Source: Gammaproteobacteria bacterium (GTDB lineage Bacteria > Pseudomonadota > Gammaproteobacteria > Eutrophobiales > Eutrophobiaceae). From it: a DNA stretch of 64,000 nt. The translations under genes were made by a program, and so were the position numbers. The DNA lies in NCBI GenBank assembly GCA_947480335.1, contig CANKCB010000008.1, forward strand, positions 10,741-74,740. Reading direction: 5' to 3'. A model generated the notes under the pieces. That model worked only from the letters and a program-made list of their open reading frames with translations, did not search any database and was not told where the DNA came from. Each line of letters starts with the position of its first letter. Position 1 is the first letter of the stretch. Shown here piece after piece: positions 21,953 to 31,548 of the stretch.

Positions 21953-22093
21953 TCGTCGAGTTGGCGCAATCGCGCTTGCCTGTGTACTTTAACGGTTGAG
22001 AGCAGCTTACGTTTACATTGGAACGACAAAGAATGCACAGACTTCTGGAACCAGTCTCAAAATTCAGCTGGCGTATCTGTTTTTAGACAGGTT

Positions 22094-22399
22094 CTAGTCT
22101 TCTATATGCTCAACGTAATCTTCACGATCATAAATCTGGATGACTGTCCCCTCGGCGGTCACTTCCAGCACAAATTCTCCATCATCGGTGTTACCCATGA
22201 CCACATACATGATCACTGTGCCTTCAACATCCACACTGGCTTCTGTAAGTTGCAGTGCCGGCATTCTGAATTTGACTGCTGTGATAACCTTCTCAGGTAC
22301 AAACTTTAACGGCACCGGAGTGTGGGCTAGCACACTGGCGGAGTAGAGTAGAGCGCCGACCAATGACAGAAATAAGTGTAAGCGAATGTTCCTGTTCAT
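22094..22399 (-). CDS. small periplasmic PepSY-like protein
   Basis: 101 aa. Signal peptide (LFLSLVGALLYSASVLAH). Beta-rich PepSY-like C-terminus (GEFVLEVTAEGTVIQIYD). Confidence 0.45.
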   Translation of the reverse strand: MNRNIRLHLFLSLVGALLYSASVLAHTPVPLKFVPEKVITAVKFRMPALQLTEASVDVEGTVIMYVVMGNTDDGEFVLEVTAEGTVIQIYDREDYVEHIED

Positions 22400-22529
22400 A
22401 ATGGCATTGACTTCAACGTCAATACGGACTTGACGTTACTATTTCGAATTGCCGGGCAGCTGTCTGACGTAGAGGAATGAAAAAATAAAGCCGGAGTGAG
22501 TGACATCATTCCGGCTGATTGAGGAATTA

Positions 22530-22871
22530 TCAGGATATTGTGGCAACGCAATCGGAGGAAGAGGTGGCAATCGCATTGCAGGCAGTAATCGCGCTGTCAT
22601 GTGAAGCCTGCAATGACTCGTACATACTGTACTGGGGTTGGCCTGAGCAGTAATCATCCAGCAATTTCATCCGCATTTCGGTCATGTACAGCACGATCTG
22701 CAGACTGGGAATCGTCTCAGGATTCGGGTGACTTGCATTGATTTGATTGAACTCCTGCTCCTATTTGTCTAACTCAGACTGACAGGCCGCCGCGTCATCC
22801 TGTGCATACGTTGTAGCGCTTAGTAGTAACAATCCTGTCGCCAGACCCAGTTGCTTAATCATATGTAACAT
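22530..22871 (-). pseudogene. small secreted protein gene interrupted by an in-frame TAG after codon 36
   Basis: ATG at 22871 with AAAGGGGA SD upstream. Classic Sec signal peptide MLHMIKQLGLATGLLLLSATTYA|QDD. TAG at 22762..22760, then 76 further open codons in the same frame (EQEFNQINASHPN...DCVATIS*). Not in the ORF track because both pieces are under 60 aa or lack a start codon. Confidence 0.45.
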
Positions 22872-22915
22872 TGTATTTCCCCTTTCTAGTTGTATTTAGA
22901 TTAACTTGCCTGTGA

Positions 22916-23875
22916 TTATTTTTTAACCAGCGTGTCAAAGTGTGCCTTGATCTTCTTGCGCATGGTTTCATCCGGCTGTTTGCCCAGACCGGCACTGAGG
23001 TTATCCACCATATTGCTGGCCTTGGTAGTCTCAGTCAGGATCGTGTTGATGGCAGGCTGACCGAGCAGATATTTCAGGTTAAATTGCCCCCAGCTATTAC
23101 ATTCAAACTCAGCGGTCCAGTCCGGCAGTGTCTGGCCCTTGACGGTTTTGAAATATTCTCCGCCATTAAACGGGCTATTGATTAACACCCCGATACCGAG
23201 ATCCTGTGCCAGTGGCAAGATGCGTTGTTCAGCTTCCGGTTCGAGCAGGGAGTAATTCACTTCAATAAAATCAGGCTTGTCACTCTTCATGAATGCTTCC
23301 ATACGTTCATGGTCTGCCGTGGCCGACGTGGTGATACCGATATATCTGGCTTCACCGCTGCTCTTCCAGTCTTTCAAACTTGGCCAGTGCAAATCCATAT
23401 CCGTCATGCTTTCAACAAAAATCAAATCAGCTGGTGTTCGATGGAACAGGCGTTTGGTCTGCTCATACTGACCGATACCGCCTTGTTTATCGACCTCACG
23501 TACATCCAGAAATCGGTTCAGACCTATCTTGGTCGTAATAAAAAACTTGTCTTTGAATTGTGGCAACACCAGCACATTACCAAAAGCCTCATCGATTTCC
23601 TTTTCACGCGGTGCTGTATCGATCACGCTGGATCCCAGCTTCAGCATGGTTTCCAGCAGTTCGGTCATCAGCGCCGGACCATCTTTCACGATCAATCGAA
23701 CAGCCGCCGTAGAGCCAAAGCCAATCACCGGTAACTTCTCACTGGTGCCATGTATGACGCGTTTAATCATGGTTCCGGCGGCTTGCTGGGCAATGGCACT
23801 GGTTGGTAACAGGCTGGCAAAGCCCAGTGCGGTGGCTGTCTTGATAAAGTCTCTTCTGGTTTGTTCATTGAACAT
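22916..23875 (-). CDS. aldo/keto reductase family protein with Tat signal peptide (paralog 1)
   Basis: 319 aa. TRRDFIKTATALGFASLL twin-arginine signal. AKR-like motifs (VIDTAP, YIGITTS, NYSLLEPE). Confidence 0.65.
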   Translation of the reverse strand: MFNEQTRRDFIKTATALGFASLLPTSAIAQQAAGTMIKRVIHGTSEKLPVIGFGSTAAVRLIVKDGPALMTELLETMLKLGSSVIDTAPREKEIDEAFGNVLVLPQFKDKFFITTKIGLNRFLDVREVDKQGGIGQYEQTKRLFHRTPADLIFVESMTDMDLHWPSLKDWKSSGEARYIGITTSATADHERMEAFMKSDKPDFIEVNYSLLEPEAEQRILPLAQDLGIGVLINSPFNGGEYFKTVKGQTLPDWTAEFECNSWGQFNLKYLLGQPAINTILTETTKASNMVDNLSAGLGKQPDETMRKKIKAHFDTLVKK

Positions 23876-23904
23876 AGTCAGGTTTCCCGTGTTGGTGGTT
23901 AAGA

Positions 23905-24864
23905 TTATTTTTTAACGAGCGTATCGAAATGTGCTTTCATCTTTTTGCGCATCTCGGCATCCGGCAGGTGGCCAGTAGCGGCACGCAGATTTTCTTCCAT
24001 GTTGGTTGTCTTCGTGGTTTCGGTGAGCACACAATTGATGGCAGGTTCACTCAGGATGTATTTCAGATTGAATTGTGCCCAGCTGGTGCAATCAAATTCC
24101 GCTGTCCAGTCTGGTAGTGTCAATCCCTTTACTGTCTTGAAATATTCTCCACCGCCAAACGGTGTGTTAATCATGACGGCAATTCCCTTGTCGCGGGCCA
24201 GTGGCAGGATGCGTTGTTCGATTTCCGGCTCCAGCAGCGAGTAGTTCACCTGGATAAAGTCTGGCTGGTGCGTGTTCATATAGCCTTCCATTTTTTCGTG
24301 GTCGACTGTGTTCGAGGTGGTGTAGCCGATATAGCGGGCGTTGCCCTGGCTTTTTTCTTCCTGCAGGGTTGGCCAGTGCAGATCCATATCAAGCATCGTA
24401 TCGACCAGAATCAGATCAGCCGGGTTACGCTGAGAGAGTCTTTCTGTTTCACGAATCTGGTTAATGCCGCCCTGTTTATCCACTCGTTTCAGGTTCAGCG
24501 CGCGATTACGTCCAACTTTGCTGTTGACGAACAGTTTTCCCTTAAATTGCGGTAACAGTAGTAACTGGCCAAAAGCCTGTTCGACATCGGTTTCTCGCGG
24601 AGCCGTGTCAATCACACTGGCACCCAGTTTGACCATGGTCTCCAGAATCGAGGTCAGTGAAGCAGGGCCGGTTTTCAATAAAACTTCCACAGCAGCGGAC
24701 GATCCGAAACCGAGTATCGGCATCATCTCGCTGGTACCCGGTATGGCCCGTTTGATCACTGTGTCGGCGACAGTCTGGGAAAATCCGGTTACAGGTAACA
24801 GGCTGGAAACACCAAGTGCAGTGGTGGTCTTCAGAAAATCGCGTCTGGTCTGACAAGTCAACAT
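23905..24864 (-). CDS. aldo/keto reductase family protein with Tat signal peptide (paralog 2, tandem duplicate)
   Basis: 319 aa, about 60% identical to the adjacent gene over its full length. TRRDFLKTTTALGVSSLL Tat motif. Confidence 0.65.
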   Translation of the reverse strand: MLTCQTRRDFLKTTTALGVSSLLPVTGFSQTVADTVIKRAIPGTSEMMPILGFGSSAAVEVLLKTGPASLTSILETMVKLGASVIDTAPRETDVEQAFGQLLLLPQFKGKLFVNSKVGRNRALNLKRVDKQGGINQIRETERLSQRNPADLILVDTMLDMDLHWPTLQEEKSQGNARYIGYTTSNTVDHEKMEGYMNTHQPDFIQVNYSLLEPEIEQRILPLARDKGIAVMINTPFGGGEYFKTVKGLTLPDWTAEFDCTSWAQFNLKYILSEPAINCVLTETTKTTNMEENLRAATGHLPDAEMRKKMKAHFDTLVKK

Positions 24865-24951
24865 CTCATACTCCCCTCAAAAGAATTACTGACCATAGTA
24901 TAAAGACACTCTGATCGGTTTAATAGCATCGCCCGTCACCCGGAACAGGTT

Positions 24952-25842
24952 TTACCGTGTCAATATCAGGGCGGTTCCTGTTACAGACAAAATTGCACCG
25001 ATCCAGGCTCCTTTGGCCGGTGATCGACGCAGGAATATCCATAAAAGCGGTAATAACAGTATCGGCGTGACAGAAGAAAGTATGGCCACCATGCCTACGT
25101 CACCGAGATGTAGTGCAAGTAACAGTAGTGACATGCCGATGGCCATACCGACCACACCACTGAGTGCGGTCTGGCCCAGGATGCGCAAGGTGATCGGCTG
25201 GATTGCACGTGCGGATTTGATACCCAGACCCAGAATCACCATATGCCCACCGCAGGAAGCCGAGACACGGATAGCCGAGGCCAGGATCGGATCCATCGTG
25301 CCAGTCATGATTGGTTTGGCAATCATCGTACTGACTGAATGACACAGTGCAGCCGTTAAACCGAGAATAATACCAAGGCCATGATGACCGTGATTTTGTT
25401 CCCAGGCATGGTCTTCGGTTTTGCGACGGCCATACATGACGGCGATCATGACGCCGGAAATGGTCATGATCGCGCCGAGCGTGGCCTGCAGATTCATACG
25501 CTCGTCGAAAATTGAAAAACCGAGTACGGCACTGATCAGCGCATTGGTCGAAAACAGGATGCCGGAGCGGCGCGGTCCCAGCATATTCATGGCGCTGAAA
25601 TTGGCCGTGTCACCGATAAAGATGCCGATAAATCCACTTAACGCCATGGTTATCAGCTGGGTAGATGTCATTGTTTGCCAGCCACTCAAGGACAGCGTGA
25701 TAATCCATAGAACGATCGCCACCATGAACATGCGCCAGCGGGTAAACGCAATCGCGCCCAGATGGCGAGAGGGAGTAACAGACAACATACTGCCAATCGC
25801 CCAGCAGGCAGCGGCGGCCAAGGCTAGCAGGTCATTGGACAT
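24952..25842 (-). CDS. DMT superfamily (EamA-type) transporter
   Basis: 296 aa, 10 TM, two EamA-like halves. Confidence 0.7.
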   Translation of the reverse strand: MSNDLLALAAAACWAIGSMLSVTPSRHLGAIAFTRWRMFMVAIVLWIITLSLSGWQTMTSTQLITMALSGFIGIFIGDTANFSAMNMLGPRRSGILFSTNALISAVLGFSIFDERMNLQATLGAIMTISGVMIAVMYGRRKTEDHAWEQNHGHHGLGIILGLTAALCHSVSTMIAKPIMTGTMDPILASAIRVSASCGGHMVILGLGIKSARAIQPITLRILGQTALSGVVGMAIGMSLLLLALHLGDVGMVAILSSVTPILLLPLLWIFLRRSPAKGAWIGAILSVTGTALILTR

Positions 25843-26056
25843 GGGCAGATTCCTGTTATTGTGTTTGTTCAGACCAGGTAATGTGCAACTGCCAAATTCT
25901 ATCGAAAAACCGGCAATAAGTCTTATAATGATGGCGATATAAAGTTTCCGGATCCGGTTGAATATATTTAAGGGGACTTGGCGTCAAGGCCCGCAACATT
26001 CTGCAAAGTTACCTGTCTATGTAGTTGTCCAGTTTGGATAACAGAAGAAGGGTTGT

Positions 26057-26266
26057 ATGAATCAACTTGGAACGGTATCAGCTTTACTGGTATCAGGTAC
26101 ATTATTGATGGCCAGTGCGGTAATGGCTGAGCCGGAACGTCAGTCCATCCATAGCAAGATGCTCGATCAAAGTACAAAGTTTTGCAGAACAAATCACAAT
26201 TGCCGTTCACAGGCCAATAGTCTGGAGCAGGATGATCGTGACGAGGAACGTCCATCATTGGTTTAG
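26057..26266 (+). CDS. possible small secreted protein
   Basis: 69 aa. Hydrophobic N-terminus (LLVSGTLLMASAVMA). Acidic C-terminus. Weak support. Confidence 0.25.
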   Translation: MNQLGTVSALLVSGTLLMASAVMAEPERQSIHSKMLDQSTKFCRTNHNCRSQANSLEQDDRDEERPSLV

Positions 26267-26358
26267 ATCATCAGAATCTCATATGGAAATGCAATACTGG
26301 GCAAGAAAATTCAGGGTAATCAAACACAGAACATGGCCAGAGTAGTCAGTGTGACGGC

Positions 26359-26999
26359 ATGAGTGTCGATAAGGCTGCATTATTCAGTCATGAAGTGGTT
26401 CCGTTCTATCTGTCACTTGCGGTTCTGGTTGCTGTTGCCATGCTCTGTGATGGCTTTTTGCATCTGTATGACATCGTCTGGATTGGTCGCTATCTTGGGA
26501 TTCCAGGTACATTAAATCATTCCAACAGGAGCTGACCGAGCAGGATTGTATGGCCTGTCATACAGATCATGCCGGACTGGTGCTGGCCCACAGCCCTAAA
26601 CCATTCTTACATAACTTATTGAAAATACAGGTTCGTGAGCAGTGTGCAACTTGTCATAACGTACCGGTTAACGACATTTATCAAAACCTGATTGAAAAAT
26701 GCTCACAATGCCATAACTCTCAGTCCTGGAAGCCAGCAAAGTTTGACCATAATAAATTTTTCCAGCTGGATAAAAACCACAATACATCCTGTATCACCTG
26801 CCACGTGGACAATGTCCATACCGAATTCACCTGTTTTGGGTGCCATGCACATACACTGGATAACATTCGCCGCGAACATGAAGAAGAGGGTGTCCCCAAT
26901 TTTAATAACTGTGTCGAGTGTCACCGCAATGCGCATGATGAACCCGGTAGCGAGGGTGGTCGCAAGGAAGATGGTGGAGAGCGTGAAGAGAATGATTGA
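26359..26999 (+). pseudogene. membrane-anchored hexaheme c-type cytochrome, apparently frameshifted (or needs recoding) between TM anchor and heme domain
   Basis: Frame 1, 26359..26535: MSVDKAALFSHEVVPFYLSLAVLVAVAMLC... (TM anchor), ending at a TGA. Frame 0 is open from 26472. It holds a CxxCH (CMACH) immediately before the track ATG at 26550, then five more CxxCH (CATCH, CSQCH, CITCH, CFGCH, CVECH). Confidence 0.5.
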
Positions 27000-27074
27000 T
27001 TTCGGATTACAGCAGTGTAGTCAGACAGGCTTATTGGAATAAATTATCTGATACCACTATTCTGTATCCCGGAA

Positions 27075-27623
27075 TTACAGTGTTATCTTCTCGATTGATT
27101 TCCAGTGTCCGGGTTGCAATTCGTCTAGGCTGATATCTCCGATTTTGAGTCTGACCAGTCGCAGTGTGGGGTGACCGACGGCGGCAGTCATTTTCCGTAC
27201 CTGGCGGTTGCGTCCTTCGCGGATGGTCAATTCAATCCAGGCCGTCGGCACGTTTTTGCGAATTCGTATCGGGACAGATCGCAGGGGAAGGTCGGGATCT
27301 TTTTCCAGCAGGCGTACTTCCGCCGGCCGTGTTTCCCTGCCCTCAATCACCACGCCCTTACGTAATTTTTGCAGCGACTCTTCTGATGGAATACGCTCTA
27401 TCTGCACAAGATAGGTTTTGGGTAGTTTGAACTTCGGATCGGTAAGTTTATGCTTTATCTGGTTATCATCGGTTAACAGCAACAGTCCTTCACTGTCGTA
27501 ATCCAGCCTGCCAACCGGATAGACATTTTTCGGGAAGTCGAAATCCTGTAAAGATTGTTTCCCCCCTTCAGGCATGAACTGGGAGAGTACAGCGTAAGGT
27601 TTGTTAAACAGGATATACATCAT
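27075..27623 (-). CDS. rluE: 23S rRNA pseudouridine synthase RluE (RsuA family)
   Basis: 182 aa. MMYILFNKPYAVLSQF..., GRLDYDSEGLLLLTDD catalytic Asp motif. Confidence 0.8.
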   Translation of the reverse strand: MMYILFNKPYAVLSQFMPEGGKQSLQDFDFPKNVYPVGRLDYDSEGLLLLTDDNQIKHKLTDPKFKLPKTYLVQIERIPSEESLQKLRKGVVIEGRETRPAEVRLLEKDPDLPLRSVPIRIRKNVPTAWIELTIREGRNRQVRKMTAAVGHPTLRLVRLKIGDISLDELQPGHWKSIEKITL

Positions 27624-27786
27624 AGTGAAGAAACTTAGCAGAATTGAGTGGTTAGAACAAATCGAGAGATTAAAAGTTAATCACTCTGATGCTTTAAGTG
27701 TTGATTATGAATCTTTACGCTGGCCCTAATTATTTACAATCAACATTGGCACGTTATATTTTTTTTACCTAGGTGGTCTCTATTTT

Positions 27787-27930
27787 CTATTGCAACAGTT
27801 CACTGAAAGCTTCGAACGGTGTTTTCCAATCTAACACTTTTCTGGGTCTGCCATTTAACCTGTCCTGGGCCTTCTGTATTTCATAGGCACTGACCTGGTT
27901 AAAGTCCGTCCCTGTAGTGGTCCAATTGCA
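27787..27930 (-). mobile_element. IS30-family transposase 3' remnant (C-terminal ~47 codons only)
   Basis: Reverse-strand translation ...GTDFNQVSAYEIQKAQDRLNGRPRKVLDWKTPFEAFSELLQ* matches the conserved IS30 Tnp C-terminus (N-RPRK-L-W-TP-E-F). Truncated exactly at the left end of the IS3 element. Confidence 0.6.
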
Positions 27931-27943
27931 ATGGACACCTTGA

Positions 27944-29157
<1,214 letters not shown>

Positions 29158-29304
29158 CCACCACACCCTTTCGGAAAGTATTTAGGTGTCCGGCATTAGT
29201 AGACCACTTCAAGCAGCTTTTTATAGCTTATTGTCAGCATAGATTAATAACCCACTTAATCTTTGCTTATCTACTTTTCCCCTAATTATTTCTTGCAGAT
29301 TTCA

Positions 29305-29700
29305 TACTTTACAAGGATGAAGGCGGAACTGGTGTGCGATGCATTGAGGATGGCACTGTGGCGACGCGAACCAAAGGCTGGGTTGATTGTGCATTCTGAC
29401 CGAGGTTCCCAGTACGCCAGCAAGAAATACCGGCAGTTGCTGAAGGCGTATGGATTCATCGGGAGCATGAGAAGGAAAGGGAATGGTTGGGACAACGCAG
29501 TTGCAGAAAGTTTCTTTGGCAGTTTGAAACAGGAACAAGTGCAATGGTGCCATTACCAAAGCCGATATGAGGCGCAGCAAAATGTGCTGGATTACATCAC
29601 TATATTTTACAACAGCGTCTGACTGCATTCGTATCTGGGTTACAAAAGTCCAATGCACTATGAAGCACAGAGGGCAACATTGAGGAAAAAAACGGCTTAA
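29305..29700 (+). pseudogene. 5'-truncated fragment of a second, different IS3-family OrfB with internal TGA nonsense codon
   Basis: AELVCDALRMALWRREPKAGLIVHSDRGSQYAS...WDNAVAESFF...FYNSV*LHSYLGYKSPMHYE. About 45% identical to the intact OrfB over the last ~130 residues. Stop codon where IS3 OrfBs have Arg (YNSVR-LHS). Confidence 0.7.
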
Positions 29701-29841
29701 CTGGGAGTGTTTAAATTTATTTGACTAAATGATAGCTATTATATATATATATTCAGCAAGATAATTAATGTACATTTAATCCATACTTTCCTTAGGGACT
29801 GTATCATAACAATTAAAATTGAAAACGAAGATACTTACAAG

Positions 29842-31539
29842 TTGCTGATAGGTGGATCCGTTGCCTTATTGGCAGCTTGTGGTGGCGGTGGTGGAGGCGG
29901 CGAATCAGCCCCGCAAGCAGCACAGGCTGGTGTGCCATTGACGGCGGCTGAAAATCTTGCGCTTGATCTTGCTGCTGCCCGTTTCCTGCAACATGCCCAT
30001 TTTTCCTCTACCGATGGAGAAATTGCTGCAGTAAGACAATTGGGCGCCAGTGCCTGGCTGGCTCAACAGATGACTCTGACATCACAAAGTGCCTGGGACT
30101 GGCTGGTCTCTCAAGGCTATACCGCTATAGACAGTAAAAATAATTACAATAATAGCAACCAGGCCAACTATATGGCATGGCATCAGCTGATGACTGCTCC
30201 GGATTCAGTACGTCAACGGGTGGCGCTGGCCTTATCCGAGTTTTTTGTGGTGGGCACGGAGGGTGTGGAGTTGAACTGGCCACAATTTGCGATGGCAGCG
30301 TTTTGGGATGTACTGGCTTCCAATGCCTTTGGTAATTACCGGACGTTGCTGGAAGCGGTTACACTGAACCTCGCTATGGGTGAATACCTGAATACCTTGG
30401 GGAACCTGAAAGAGGATATTCCTACAGGTCGCCAGCCGGATGAAAACTATGCCCGCGAAGTAATGCAATTGTTCAGTATTGGTTTGGTGAATCTGAATAT
30501 CGATGGCACCCCTGTGCTGGACAATAATGGTCAGCAGATCGAGTCTTACAATCAGGATGATGTTTCAAATTTGGCCAGAGTGTTTACCGGCTATCTTGCC
30601 GATGAAACCGAGGGCACGGTGCTTGTTCCCAACACTACAACCAGAATAAAGAATGTTGGATATGCCAAACGACCGATGCTGCTGACGGCCAGTCGGCATT
30701 CCACATTGGAGGCAAATTTTCTGGGTGCGCGTGTTACGGCAGGGACTGATGGGGCGCGCGCCTTGCGTATAGCACTGGATACATTATTTAACCATTCGAA
30801 TGTAGGGCCTTTTTTTGGCAGGCAAATGATACAAAGACTGGTGACCAGTAATCCGTCACCTGCGTATGTTGCCCGGGTCGCCAGTGTCTTTAACAATAAT
30901 GGCAATGGAGTGCGCGGTGATCTGACGGCCGTATTCAGGGCGATACTGCTGGATGAAGACGCCAATTCATCTGCCGGATTGACTTCAACCAGTTATGGAA
31001 AATTGCGTGAGCCGATAGTCAGGCTTGCGCAGTGGGCAAGAACATTCGCTGTCCGATCCGTTCTGGGTACCTGGCGCGTTGGCAACCTGACCACACAATT
31101 AAGTCAGAGTCCATTGCAGTCTTCGTCCGTATTCAATTTTTTCAGGCCGGGATATGTGCCGCCCAACACAACATTGACTGCCAGCCGTTCTACTGCACCC
31201 GAGTTTCAATTGGTCAATGAAGTCAGCGTACCGTCCTATATTAATTATCTGGAAGGCATTTTGGCCAGAGGCATCAATGTAGGTACGCCGGAAGGTCTTG
31301 ATATTGTCCCGACCTACACAACAGAATTAACACTGGTAGGCGATCCTGCGGCACTGATCGATCGCTTGAATAAACTACTAACGGCAGGTCAGTTATCAAA
31401 ATCCACGATGGAGTTGATGGTCGCTGCGTTAACATTTGACCGGAGCACCACGGCCAGTTCTGAGACCACGAAGTCTGCGTATGTAGCGAAAGCAATTATG
31501 CTGGTAATGGCCAGTCCAGAATATTTAGTGCAAAAATAG
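29842..31539 (+). CDS. DUF1800 family protein, probable lipoprotein
   Basis: 565 aa. TTG start in track. LIGGSVALLAAC lipobox-like N-terminus followed by a Gly run. DUF1800-type sequence throughout. Confidence 0.65.
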   Translation: MLIGGSVALLAACGGGGGGGESAPQAAQAGVPLTAAENLALDLAAARFLQHAHFSSTDGEIAAVRQLGASAWLAQQMTLTSQSAWDWLVSQGYTAIDSKNNYNNSNQANYMAWHQLMTAPDSVRQRVALALSEFFVVGTEGVELNWPQFAMAAFWDVLASNAFGNYRTLLEAVTLNLAMGEYLNTLGNLKEDIPTGRQPDENYAREVMQLFSIGLVNLNIDGTPVLDNNGQQIESYNQDDVSNLARVFTGYLADETEGTVLVPNTTTRIKNVGYAKRPMLLTASRHSTLEANFLGARVTAGTDGARALRIALDTLFNHSNVGPFFGRQMIQRLVTSNPSPAYVARVASVFNNNGNGVRGDLTAVFRAILLDEDANSSAGLTSTSYGKLREPIVRLAQWARTFAVRSVLGTWRVGNLTTQLSQSPLQSSSVFNFFRPGYVPPNTTLTASRSTAPEFQLVNEVSVPSYINYLEGILARGINVGTPEGLDIVPTYTTELTLVGDPAALIDRLNKLLTAGQLSKSTMELMVAALTFDRSTTASSETTKSAYVAKAIMLVMASPEYLVQK

Positions 31540-31548
31540 GCAGCTAAT

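Noticed and set aside
22439-22657. 72-aa minus-strand ORF from the track
   Set aside because: Wrong-frame overlap of the TAG-interrupted secreted-protein gene. No start context. Pro/Leu-rich.
25968-26258. 96-aa minus-strand ORF
   Set aside because: Antisense to the small + strand ORF with signal-peptide-like N-terminus. No motifs. Either could be spurious, but it is the less likely of the two.
29196-29262. Continuation of the IS30 transposase reading frame beyond the right end of the IS3 element (testing insertion of IS3 into IS30)
   Set aside because: Reverse-strand translations of this spacer show no IS30-like sequence. The IS30 remnant appears to be only the short 3' piece.
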